This document shows positions 19,666-31,684 of a DNA stretch of 32,000 bases, in pieces; within the stretch, counting starts at the first letter, position 1; each line of letters starts with the position of its first letter. Location: NCBI RefSeq assembly GCF_000400465.1, contig NW_008806287.1, forward strand, positions 180,001-212,000, written 5' to 3'. The DNA comes from Wallemia ichthyophaga EXF-994. Taxonomy: Eukaryota > Fungi > Basidiomycota. The position numbers and the translations under genes were made by a program. Below the pieces are notes generated by a model, which was given only the letters and a program-made list of their open reading frames with translations, did no database searches and was not told the origin of the DNA.

Positions 19666-21447
19666 TTATGATGGCCCAGGCTCAGGCGGTACCATGGTAT
19701 CGTTGTTGATAAATACAGTTGCTGCTTTGGTGAAATCACCGGCTTCATCACCGTTCGCGTACGCCAACCGGGCAAAGTACGGTACACTTGTGTCATTACG
19801 CTCGAAGGTGTACGAATGCGTACTGGCATTAGCCTTCAGACGCAGCACATCGTTGATTAGCAGCTCAAATCCATCCCAGGAATCATCCATATTACTAGGA
19901 ATCGCCTCCCAGCTTATGGTGTTGTTTTCGAAGCTATCAAAGCTAGGTAACGCGCTTCCTAGCGCTGCATCTCTTCGCAGACTTTCTTTGGTCTGCAATA
20001 CTGAATCCATTCCCCATCTTTGGACGCCATTGATAAGCAACCCGATCAAGAAGCATTGGCAGATAATTGATACTCGCGTAGGGAGAGCTGTAAGTGGAAG
20101 CAGCAACAGGGCCAAAATGTAGTGATGCTGTAAAGTGTTAGCCAATACTAAAGCACAATACTAACCACAAACCAATCTAAATGAAAGTGTCGGCAACAAG
20201 CAAGCAGGCATTATGACAAACAGTCCCAGCAAGAAGTACCACTTGATATAAAGCCAGAACTTGCCTGTGTTGCGAAACACCCGTGCTTGATTTAAACCGA
20301 GAACCACTATGATGATGACGACTATGACTATAGTAACTACGGCGTCTGGATTATCAGCGATATCAGGTCCATATAATCTATCTAACGGGCTTTCTCCAAG
20401 CACTGTAACGAGCAAGCCCAACCAGAACGGTACTAGAGTGAGTACTGTTCTCTCTATAGGCATGTTGCGCCAGAACGGCAAGCAAAACCTCACCACCAAT
20501 CTCCATATACAGTATGCAACAAACAGCATGGGCAGGAAGTCTTTGAAGGCGCCTTCAAGATCAGGAGGAATAGAGCGCGGCTCTGAAGCTAGGGCGTTGT
20601 TCCAATAACCCATACATATCAATGTCCAGTAGTACACCAGAGGTTTTGGTGACAATATCAGCGAAACCAACACCGACATGACAATATTGAATACCAGAAT
20701 CGGCATTCTGTAGTCCTCGCAGTGACTAGACTCGACGTCATCCTCGAAAATGTACGAAGACGGGAAGGAGGAGGGGAAGCTGACCGAATCTATCCCATTT
20801 TTCGTTGAGCCGATATAGCCAGTGTGCTGACCTATTTGGCGCACAGCACCGCAACCGCCCTTGGATTTGCTAATGGCCGAAGCATGATACGCACTGGAAC
20901 AGATCCAAGAATCGGCGCGGTATATACTGGAAGCGAGAGGTTCTCCCTCTTGTCCACCTCCGACTACCAAAGTCATTCCATTTGGCTCATTCAACCCGAC
21001 TGTCCGCTTGTTGGCTAGTGTGGTCGATTCACAGCCTCGGGGACATCTGTAGGGCATAGGCTGGGTTTCGAATGGCTGGCATAGAGTGCCATCCAAGCCA
21101 CATCCATCTAGCCGGCTCCAGAAAGATGACGTGCACGATAGCATCTCTGGGGTTCCTAGGCTAGTGGATGATTGATACCACGAGTACTTTGCGAGGAGCG
21201 CGTTGGCAATAATCCAGAGAGCATAAATGACTAGAATAACCACGCCATTTCTGAACCAATTTGTGCTTGATAACGTCCGCTTCTCGAGTTTGCCCAGAAA
21301 ACGCAGTCGATGCGGGATGTAGTGATTCTCAGGTCCTAGAAGCTGTTGAGGTGGCTTTGGACCACTGAGCCAGCTAATAGATTTATTCCTCTGCAGCCGC
21401 ACTTTGTAGCTTTCTCTTTTAGGATTCAGTTGCTGCTCGTCGTCCAT
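19666..21447 (-). CDS. Fungal LCCL-domain multi-pass membrane protein
   Basis: CGLDGTLCQPF..YRCPRGC..IYRADSWICSSAYHASAISKSKGGCG (LCCL) followed by several TM segments. One intron joins SFRL to HHYILALLLLP. Confidence 0.85.
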
Positions 21448-21511
21448 AAATAAGTCTCAGATTCATCGGAAATAGAAATATGTGAAATAATGATAATGAT
21501 ACATGATTCGT

Positions 21512-23782
21512 TTATCTATACATTGACAGCACTCCTCCGTCTCTTATCGGGCTTATAGACATGGCATCAAGTGACTGCGGTGCACGTAAGTACTGGAGGG
21601 ATTTTTTGCTGAAATACCGCAACCAACCTTTCCAAGTGACTGCGAGGGGTTCGATTTAGACATTTGCTCACTTTCTTCATCGCTTTCGTCTTCCTCGCCT
21701 GTGTTGATAGCTACTTCGTCCCAGTTCCTGTATATATCATCTATAAACTTTTGCGTTCGCGGGAGGCGGTAAGGGTCGAACGGAAAGAAAGAATCGAGCT
21801 CTATCTCGGAACCATTGTTTTTGGTCACTGCCAGTGATCTCGTTTGCGTGTCTTTTTGCTGACTCTCGGCGTTTTGCCCTGGCGTGACTCCGAGCAAAGA
21901 CGAAGTCAACGAGGCCATTGTAGCAGGCGTCACATCAGACCGCTTGTTGCTTTCAATTATTGAGTGGCAATACAGAAATCCTGCAAACTGGGATACTTTT
22001 GCGAATTGATTTACAACGGTTGATGCACAAACCTATAATGATGTCAGTTAGATAACGCAAAATTATCTTGCATACTTTGAGTGGATTGAGAGGGCTGAGT
22101 ATAGCGCGTTGTAGAACATCTAAGCCTGATATCCATGTCTTTGATCCAGTAGGCAGCGCTTCTGCATGATCAAATACTGTCTCGTCGTCATTCGCTAACA
22201 TTAAATCCCTCCAGCGGAAACAGAAGATATAAAAAACAGCTTGCACTATCGCATACCAAACACTGTATGTGTTTAGCCTGAAATTTGTTATGGGTTGGGG
22301 GATGTTGTCGAGCTCGTTTGCTATATAATCGCACATTAATCCGACGACATGCTTTGTTGCATTGGCATCGATAAATTTTGCCCGACTAACATAGCTGGCA
22401 AGGTAGGAAGCAGCAACCACTCTAGTTACTGACGGCTCTTCGTTTTGAAACATAGCTTTGCTTAGGAGCATGCCCTGGAAGATATCGGCAAAATGCGCAT
22501 TGTACGAAGAGTATTTGAATAGGATGAACTGTGTGTATCTCGATCTGAATGTTGGCAGGATTGTACGCTCGAAAACGCTTAACAATGTGGAGAACTGATC
22601 AAGTTGAACTTCCTGGTTTCTAACCGATTTGTCGAGGTATTCAAAGATCATATAGAGCATTCCGTCTAACTTTTGCACAAGGTCTTTAATGGCTGAAACT
22701 TGCATAGGTGCTTCCTGGCTACCGTTATCGCTGAGTCCATCGTCAGACGAGAGATCAGACAAAAAGCCAAACTCGTCGTCTGAATCATCGCTGGACTCTT
22801 CGTCTGAGTAAGTGCGATCGACGGATCTTTCAAAGATATCAGGCTCGTTCTCGAAGATTGCTTCCGTCTCATCTTCAAGCTCCTCATCCAGATCGTCTAG
22901 CTCTACTTGAATTTCTACCTGTAGTCGCATGAGTATTAGGTAAATTACAACTATAAAAACGTACGTCGATCTGAATAGTCCTGTCAATAATCAAGCCGAA
23001 GATTTCATCGGTCAAAGCAGGACAGTAGCTGATAATTGAAAGTAAATTTCTCATGTAAGTAACTTGTTGAACTTTATTTTCGCGTTTGTGGGGAAAGTGT
23101 CTGATAAGGATTGGCTGTAGGAGGGAGGGAAGGGTAGGGACAAGGTCGAGAAGCTTGTTGAGTAGGCCGTGTAAGCGGTCGAATACAATGCGCCTGGTGA
23201 GTCGTTCATTTTCAGGCACATGTTCAACATTCTCTAACGCCTTTGAGCCAGCTTCTGTTGAATTGTTAGAGTGTAGGGGGATCTACAAGAACGCACGATG
23301 AGTCAAGCCTTTGATAACTTTAGCGAGTAAGAGCTTTGTGTATTGAGGGTGTGCACTAATCAGCATTGAGACGAATGCCATGTAAGTGGACACAAATGAA
23401 GGGCTACTAATAGTCCAAGCAAGGGACATAATAGCTTCAACAAGCGGAAGATGAGATTTATCCAGGTGAGAAATGACATTAGCGAGTGCATCCAGCCACG
23501 GTTTGAGCTTGTCGTACTCGTGTACGCCGGTTGAAGTGAATTGCGATATCAATTCTTCGTATGGACCGCTTTCTCCCTATGGAGAGTATGAATATGAATA
23601 TGAATAAAAACCAGTGCTCCAACGGAACGCACCTCCTTCTTCTTCTCGATTGCGTCGTTGACAAAGGAGACGTAGAATTTATTGAGAAATGATTCCTTGG
23701 TATTTGAGAGCTGGTGGCTGCCGTCTACATTCATCCCGTCTCTGTCTCTTTTGATTCCCTTCGAAGGCGATGAACTGGCCAT
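21512..23782 (-). CDS. RRN3: RNA polymerase I transcription initiation factor Rrn3
   Basis: RHFPHKRENK, IIDRTIQID-VEIQVELDD, KLDGML, ILPTFRSRYTQFILF, AASYLASYVSRAKF, QAVFYIFCFRWRDL, SPLNPLKVC, FFPFDPYRLP. Five introns; modelled end SLDAMSISP..MYR*. Confidence 0.95.
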
Positions 23783-23826
23783 GATCGCCGGTAGGATAAA
23801 ACCATCACATCTTCACTCTCCTCGAA

Positions 23827-24774
23827 ATGCAGCTCCCCGAAAAGGCTTTATCTGCGCTCAAGGAGCGTGGTCACTCTGGATCGTACAAAATTATCGGTTC
23901 AAAAGTCCACTTGGACGATGGCAACATCTTCCTCTTTAAGTCTGCTCCACGCTCTTCAGCTGAGCAAATGATTGGCGAGGCTATGTCTATTAGTGACATG
24001 AGCAGCGCTTTGCCTGGTATCTGCCCTGCTCTCATAGACTCCTCTCTCGACAGCGATGACTCTGACTTCTACATGCTTACCGAGTGGCACGATTTGGGTG
24101 GCTCTGGCTCACGTATGATGGAACTTGGGAAAGAACTCGCCCAAATGCATCTCAATGGTACAGAAAAGTCTGGTAGGTTTGGGTACAAGATGCCAACCTA
24201 CTGCGGCGAAACTAAATTCAACAACACGTGGAGCGATAACTGGATTGATTTCCTCAATAACGATCGTTTCCTCTATCTTTTTGAGCAGATCTGCGGTAAG
24301 AATGGCTCTCGCGATGTTGAAATATGGAAACTGGGTCAGACCCTAATGAACAAGACCGTTCCAAGCCTTTTAAGCGGTATTGATGTTAAGCCATCCTTAC
24401 TTCACGGCGATTTGTGGGCAGGAAACGCATCATTTTCTAGAACGACTAACAGACCTGTCATTTTTGATGCCTGTAGTTTCTATGGTCACAATGAGGTAAG
24501 TTGGTTGAGTTTTAATATACTCAACTCCCTCCCTAACGCACTCACTAAGGCCGAGCTGGGTATTTGTATGATGTTCGGCGGCTTTGGCTCTAAGTTCTTT
24601 GAGGGGTACCACTCTGTTTATCCAAAAGCTGAGCCCGTCGATGAATACGACCAGCGAATCAAGCTCTACGAGCTGATCCATCATCTCAACCACTATGCCA
24701 TTTTTGGAGGAATGTACAGAAGCGGTGCAGTGAGCATGATGAAGAGCTTAAACCGCTATACAGAATCAAAGTGA
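23827..24774 (+). CDS. Fructosamine/ketosamine-3-kinase family protein
   Basis: LAQMH, FGYKMPTYCG, PSLLHGDLWAGN, IFDACSFYGHNE-AELG, LYELIHHLNHYAIFGGMY. One 54-nt intron (24496-24549). Confidence 0.92.
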   Translation: MQLPEKALSALKERGHSGSYKIIGSKVHLDDGNIFLFKSAPRSSAEQMIGEAMSISDMSSALPGICPALIDSSLDSDDSDFYMLTEWHDLGGSGSRMMELGKELAQMHLNGTEKSGRFGYKMPTYCGETKFNNTWSDNWIDFLNNDRFLYLFEQICGKNGSRDVEIWKLGQTLMNKTVPSLLSGIDVKPSLLHGDLWAGNASFSRTTNRPVIFDACSFYGHNEVSWLSFNILNSLPNALTKAELGICMMFGGFGSKFFEGYHSVYPKAEPVDEYDQRIKLYELIHHLNHYAIFGGMYRSGAVSMMKSLNRYTESK

Positions 24775-24836
24775 AGCGGTAAAAAGATGATGAACGAAAT
24801 GTAAAACACGTAACTAACACTTAATGAATCAATGAA

Positions 24837-26586
24837 TTAATGAATCTTTTCGACAAATCCATCTCTCAAACGTATGTATCTACCTTGATCAATCTTCCAA
24901 GGCACTTCAGTTTCGTAATGAGTGACAAAAACCACCGCTTGTTCACTCCCTAGTTGAGTTTGCAAATACATGCGCGACCTGTAAACGTCCTGAGCAGTCA
25001 TGCCCTGGAAGGGTTCGTCTAAAATAAGTAGCGGAGATCTATTTACTAGCGCGCGCGCTAAGAACAGGCAGCTTTTTTCACTCTGACTGAGAGTGGTGAA
25101 TGAGGCACTAGGATCGACAGCCGGAGCCAACTCTCGGAGAATTTGATAAACGCGTGTTTTCTCTCCCTCATCTCGCGTCGGTCTGAAGCAGTAAACGCCC
25201 ATGTAGCCAGTAGCGACGACGTCGAAGGCTGTCAGAGTTGTGGATCTAGGAAATGAAGATGAGATTTCGGGTGATGTAGTGCCTATGAGTGTCGAAAGCT
25301 GTGTCGTGGCAATGCGAGCGCGAGGTTTGTCGAATAGCGTGATATCCTTGGTATATGATTGAGGGTGATCGCCAGTCACTAGCGATAAGAGGGTCTGGAA
25401 GCTATATGAGCTGACACAAGAAGGATACTATTTGAGACTTACGGTTTTCCCGGATCCTGTATTCGCTAGTTAGTTTAGTGAAAGTGTTATAGTATCATGC
25501 TAACCATTGTAGCCTTGAAGATGCCATCTTTCACCAGCCCTGACTTGCCAGTGGATGTTGTTGAGCACCTAAATCGAGAGTCAGAGAGTTCATCGAGGCC
25601 AAAATCACTTACAGGCGTTTTTCTGTAGGAAATATTTACATCTTTCAAATCGATGAGGACCTTTGCGTTCTGCACACACCCCAAACCAGCTCCATCGGGC
25701 GTTGTCTCGGTATCTGAATGCAAAACACTAAGCACCTCATCCTTAGGACCCGATTGAATGACACCATCGTCATTGATTTGGAGGACGTGAGTGATGTAGT
25801 CAGGCAAAGAGTCTGAGGGTTTCAGAAGAAGTAGAACATTAGGACTCATTGATCTGTGGAGAGTCTCAAGTAGCTGGCTCAGTCTGGCGCGAGATGGTGG
25901 GTCGAGACCGGCTAATTAGAGTGAGAAGCGAGCAACAACCGGTAGAGTGACATACTGTAGGGCTCTTCAAGCACCAAGAGACTGCGACGGAGCAGCAATG
26001 CATGTGCAATCTTCAGTCTTCGCGATTGTCCGTTACTCAGACCGATCAATGGGCGGTCAAGCCTGTGATTGTGTTATACAAACAGAGCAAGGGCCTGGTA
26101 AACTGACAGCTTCTTTAAATCGAGTTTGTGAGCGATTTCAGCGACGAAAGCAAGCACCTTGTCATCTGTATCGCTTTCTGTATTGCTTCCATTCCTCGGT
26201 ACTCTGTTCATCAGATATGACAGCACAGTCTGCGTCTCATCGCCTCTCAGACTGCCATAACGTGCTGTATAATCCACAAATCCATCCGCAGAGCTGAGTA
26301 AACGAGTGGAGAAGTTTGCGATGCTGTAAGTCTCCCAGGGATAGCATTTAGCGGAATCAGCGAGTGGGTGAGATAGCGCAGTAGCTGGAACTGATTTATC
26401 GGATTGCTTAAATAGCGCTTTTATCAATCGTGTGGACTGTGGACCAATAATGGCCCATGCATCGTGATTAGCACGCTTGGATTCAAGGGACCAGCTCAAT
26501 GGGGTGTTAAATAGGGGCTGTGAGTTCTTAGTAGTATTTCCAAGTGCATAGAAAAGGCATTTGTTTGCGTGAAAGTAAGCTGGCAT
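24837..26586 (-). CDS. Soluble dual-NBD ABC ATPase, ModF/YDR061W-like
   Basis: NBD1: WAIIGP, LSNGQ, LLVLEEPYTGLD. NBD2: WHLQGYNGSGKTTLLSLVTGDHPQSY, LLILDEPFQGM, VFVTH. No TM domain. First in-frame ATG is 26586; an alternative spliced start at 26725 is possible. Confidence 0.85.
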
Positions 26587-26764
26587 GGAGTAAGTACGCA
26601 GATGAAGGGGATAGGATGGGAATGGACTGTGAGTGTTGCAAAATGACTTTAATATCAAGGAAATTGAAGCAGCTTGGTGTACAATTGATAACCAAATACA
26701 AATCCCTATTTCGTATACGTGCCATTGTCCTTTCTCTTACGCTCACAACAAACATCCCACAAAG

Positions 26765-29576
26765 ATGTCCCAATCCGTGCAACTACCAGCCAAACCGAAA
26801 CAATTCATATCTAGAAATCAGGCAACAGTCACTTCGAACCTCTTCCCGATGAGAAGATTCCCAAAGGACGCACCTCCCTCCATCTACGTGTACGACGTCA
26901 CTATCGAAGCAACCAAGCCAAAAGTTCGCAATTGGAAGGATAATTTGCGGGCTATGAGATTCTTCCTCGTGCGTATCCGCTTCCAATTCTCATTCTCCGC
27001 TCTTCTCTGACTTCTTCTGTCTTCTTTCTAGGCAAACGAGGTTAATTACGGCTCCACGTGCGCGTACGATGGTCAGTCCTTACTCTACAGCTCTCAGCCG
27101 CTGCCATTCGACAGTGAAATTTCTGTATGGTACCTTACACGCGTGATTTCACATGTCTCATCCGCTGCAGGTTATCTTCAATCTTCCTGCAGAAAGTGAG
27201 ACCCCAATTGTCGACAAGGCTACCGGAGAGAAAAAGGGTGCTGTAAACAAGATATCACTCAAGCCCGTGTCTGTGATTTCCACCGAGTGAGTCGTGCTTA
27301 TCAGCTACTTAGCTGTCTAGCTGTCTTGCTCATCACATTCCAAGTATCGCGAACAACAGTGGCGTTAATGAGCTCATCGCTGCCCTCAACACGGTCGTGA
27401 GATACTGCGCTACCATGACTCATCCCTCGACCAAGGGTATCTACTATCCTATCAATGGTCGCAACCAAAAAATGGAATTCGGTGCAAATCTCCTCCGCTC
27501 TTGGTTCACGTGCGTATTGTGTCCTTCTGTCTAACACTATGTCTTAATGTTCTTTTTCAGAACAACGAGAATGTCCGCCAACGGTATTATCCTAAACGTC
27601 GATACCAGTGTCATCAAGTTGTTGCAAGATGGCCCGCTCGACGTCGTCGCTGGTGAGCTCATGGGTATGAGAGGCCAAATAAACATGACTGTCGGTCCAA
27701 GGGGTCGTATGAACAACAATCAAAGACGTATGCTCGAGAAGAAGCTCAAAAAGGTCAAGGTCGTAACTAATCACAACAAAAATCGCCCAATGACCTTTAT
27801 GGTTCAGGAGGTTTCCGAGAAAAACGCCGACGAATTTGTCTTTGAAGGCTCAGATGGTGTTGCAATCAGTATCTCAGAATACCTGATGAAAACCTACAAC
27901 CTTAGACTTAGATATCCCGAGCTCCCAGTTATCGGAAAGAGCAGATCGGTCTTCGTCCCAATGGAACTATTAAACGTCTTACCCGGCCAGATCCATCCCG
28001 AGAAAGGAATGACGTCTGGTCAAACATCACAAATGATGAACTTCTGTAAAGTTAAGCCTTTTCAAAGACTGCAAGAGTCCACCGATCAAGTCACGTCACT
28101 GAGTAGACACAATCACATTATGGACAAATTCGGATTCGAAATCAACCCCAAACCTGTCGAATGCCAGGCATCAATCATCGATCCACCTCAACTGGAATTT
28201 GACAGACGGTTGTTATCACCAAACCCACAAGAAGGTGAATGGGACAGACCATCTCAAAATATGCGCTTTTACGCACCCGCCAAAATCAAGAGCTGGATGT
28301 TAATATGTTTCGGAAGACAAGAAGACTACAGATGGCTCGGAGGTTTTCTCAGAGGCTTACGTGACATGTGCTCGAAGCGCGGAATGAGTGTACCTTATGA
28401 GCCGGAGGTGGTTTTTTTAAGAAGCGAGAACGCAAGATTCGACGAAATCATGGCTGACTTGCGTCACTTCTGGGACAGGAATCCAAGAATGGATTTCGTT
28501 CTCTCCACCTGTAAGTTTGAGAAGTCGAATGCATACCGAGCCATCAAGCACTTCTGTGACATAACTGTTGGAGTGCCATCTCAATTCCTTTTGTCGAAGA
28601 AGGCGTCCAGTGCGAAGCCAACGTATATCTCTAACTTGGTACTTAAGATAAACGTCAAAGCAGGTGGTATTAACCAAACTCTGGGTACTCCGAACCCATA
28701 TTTTGCACACAAGGACAAGGTTATCTGCTTCGGTGTTGATGTCACACACCCAGCGCCTGGATCATCAAGCGCCGTTTCAATTGCTGGTATCGTCTCTAAT
28801 ACGGATCAGCGCTGCTCGAAATTCGTCGGCTCTGAGCTGGCTCTTGGTGCGCGCGAGGAGATTATTGAAAATCTCAAGAATGTAATCAAGAGACATGTGA
28901 AGACGTACTCGGAGAACAACGGCAATGCTATACCAAGACACGTCCTCTATCTGAGAGATGGTGTTTCAGACGGTCAATACAAGGAGGTACTCCAGCACGA
29001 GAAAGGAGCAATCATGCAAGCGTATCGTGAAATAACTGGTGGCAGGACACCAGTATTAACGTTTGTAGTCGGACAGAAGAGACACCATGTTCGTTTTGCT
29101 CCACTTAGAAATCAACCACAAGATAGATCAGGTAATTGCAGAAGCGGCACTATTATCGATCATCCAAGCGTCACTAGAGCGGATCAATTCGAATTTTACG
29201 CTTACACTCACTCAGGTTTGATGGGTACTTCTAGACCTTGTAGATATGTTGTTTTGCACGATGACTTTGGCTTCGACATCAACACGCTCGGACAGACTAT
29301 CTACGCGACATGCTTTACGTATCAGATCGCAACGAGAGCTGTATCTCTCGCTACGCCTGTATACTACGCTCACAAGCTAGCTGAGAGAGCCCGTCTTCAC
29401 TTGAATGACGGACAATCTATGACTGAATCTGGTTCAAGGGGCTCAGGCTCTTCTGCAAATATACCAGGTTCGGGACCTACGTCTTTGTTTGTGAGTAGGA
29501 GTTAGGTGTTTAGATTCCTACTTATACGTAACAGGAACCTCACATTAACATTCGCAATTTACCTTACTTTGTTTAA
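26765..29576 (+). CDS. AGO1: Argonaute (N-L1-PAZ-MID-PIWI) with DEDH tetrad
   Basis: PAZ SISEYLMKTYNLRLRYPELP; MID YRAIK..SQ..KIN.K; PIWI GVDVTHP, REEII, RDGVSDGQ, QKRHHVRF, GTSRPCRY, YYAHKLAERAR. Five introns; ends LPYFV*. Confidence 0.96.
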
Positions 29577-29793
29577 CGGATCAATGCTGCCTTATCCTCT
29601 ACTCCGTGTCAACATTGACGTCGATGAGACAAAAAAGTTATCTAGCTTCATTTAATATATATCACACACGCCTCTCTCTCGCTCTCTCATCACCTTGTTT
29701 GTTTTATCTATTATTTGTAAACGAATACAGTTTTTAAAAAGCATGTTGTTTCTTTCTTCTTTCTCACTGGCAGCAGATTCACAGCAACGCATC

Positions 29794-31531
29794 TCAAACG
29801 TTAAGCTGTGCAGCCTTTGCATTCGAGATGGCAGCTTGGTGGGGTTGCAGAGCCGGTTTAACCCATTTAGCGATGAAGCTGTCGACCTGTTGCGGCGCTC
29901 TACCAGTGAAAGACTGAGGATCGAGTAGTTTATCCAAATCGCCAACGATCGGAGCGAAGAAGGAGTCTTTCTTAACTCTCTCAATGAGGTCATTTTCTCT
30001 ACCAAACTCCTTAACTTCTCTTCCAGCTTCGTGGGACAGAACTCTTATCTTCTCATGACACTCCTGTCTATCGCCACCCTTTTTGACGATAGCCATGATT
30101 ATATTCTCGGTAGCCATGAACGGCAACTCCTGAGCAATTCTTCTTCTGATGATGGCTGGATAGACAACGAGACCTTCACTCACGTTTTGCATGATTGAGA
30201 GAAGGATATCCGTAGTGAGGAAAGCAGAAGGCAAGCTGATTCTCCTGATTGCTGAATCATCCAGAGTCCTCTCAAACCACTGTACGGCATTAGTGTTGAG
30301 AACGTCCTGCGACAGACTGATCAGGTGTCTAGCGAGCGAACAGGCTCTCTCTGAACGCATTGGATTACGTTTGTACGCCATAGCCGATGAGCCGATCTGG
30401 TCCTTTTCGAAAGGTTCTTCGACTTCCTTGAGGTGAGCGAGGAGACGAATATCAGTGGCTATTTTGTGCACCGTCGATCCGAAATTGGAGAGAGCGAGGA
30501 CGACGTCATTGTCAATCTTGCGCGAGTACGTCTGAGAGCTGACTGGGTAGGCGTACGGGAAACCGAGGAGTTCAGTGACGCGCTGGTCGAGTGCTTCTAC
30601 CTGGAGTGGAGAGTAAGTGATGAGTAATTAGTGAGCGCATAAACAACGCACCTTATCGTGGTCACCGTCAAAGAGAGCGAGGAAAGACGCTTGAGTGCCT
30701 GTGGTACCCTTCACACCACGAAAACCAAGGTCATCGCGAGCTCTAGTGAGGTTGCGCAAATCCCAGAGCAGTTCCTGGATAGAGTCAGCGCGTGTATTAA
30801 ACCACCAACACCAAAAACACTCACCTGAATCCACAGCGTTGTGCGCTTGCCGACGGTAGTGAGCTGCGCAGGCTGGAAATGGGTGAAACCGAGCGTGGGC
30901 AAGTCGCGGAACTTGTCAGCAAAAGCCGAGAATCTGTCGATGGTGATTGCGAGCTTATCGATGACCATATTGAGGCCTTCGCGGAGAAAGATGAGGTCAG
31001 CGTTGCTGTGTGGTGGAGCGGAGAGTGAGACGTAGTTGTAAAAGAGGAAAGTAGACTAACTCAGTAACGAAACATGATGTAGCACCGAGGCTTGAAACCC
31101 ATGTGAGATTGCGAGTTATTCGGAAAATCTGGCTCACTGGATGATACCCGCTGCTGCAGGAGCTACAACGCCGAAAGTGTGGACATGAGCCATGACATCG
31201 TGGCGGCGACGTTTCTCTTCTTCGGCAGCAATCTTCATTTGATCGTCATCGAGGAGAAGATTATCGGACATCTGCTTAATGGCCTCGTCCGAGATGGGCA
31301 AAGCGAGCTCCTTCTCAGCTATGGCTAAATTGAGCCAGAGCTTTCTCCAAGTTTGGAATCTCATCTGTGGATCCTTCGGTTAGAGCGTGAGAGATACTCG
31401 ATCGACGACGCACAGAAGACGAGAAGAGATGGCTCATTTCCTTGGAAGCATAGCGGCTGGCAGCGTCTAAGAAGCCGTACAATACAACAGCAATTTATTC
31501 ACCTTGAAAGCGGCGTTTGATAAGATTCCAT
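29794..31531 (-). CDS. ADE13: Adenylosuccinate lyase
   Basis: [92 protein letters not shown] signature; six introns. Confidence 0.97.
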
Positions 31532-31684
31532 TGTGATTGTCTTGTTGACAGCGTCGTAAAATACATCATGAAGATATAATTAAGGAAAATCTTCAGCCTG
31601 TTGACAACCACACAAATGATATATACCGTATTCATGTTATATTTGCGTACAACTTGTATTAATAGAATTGAAATTTGTTAAAGC

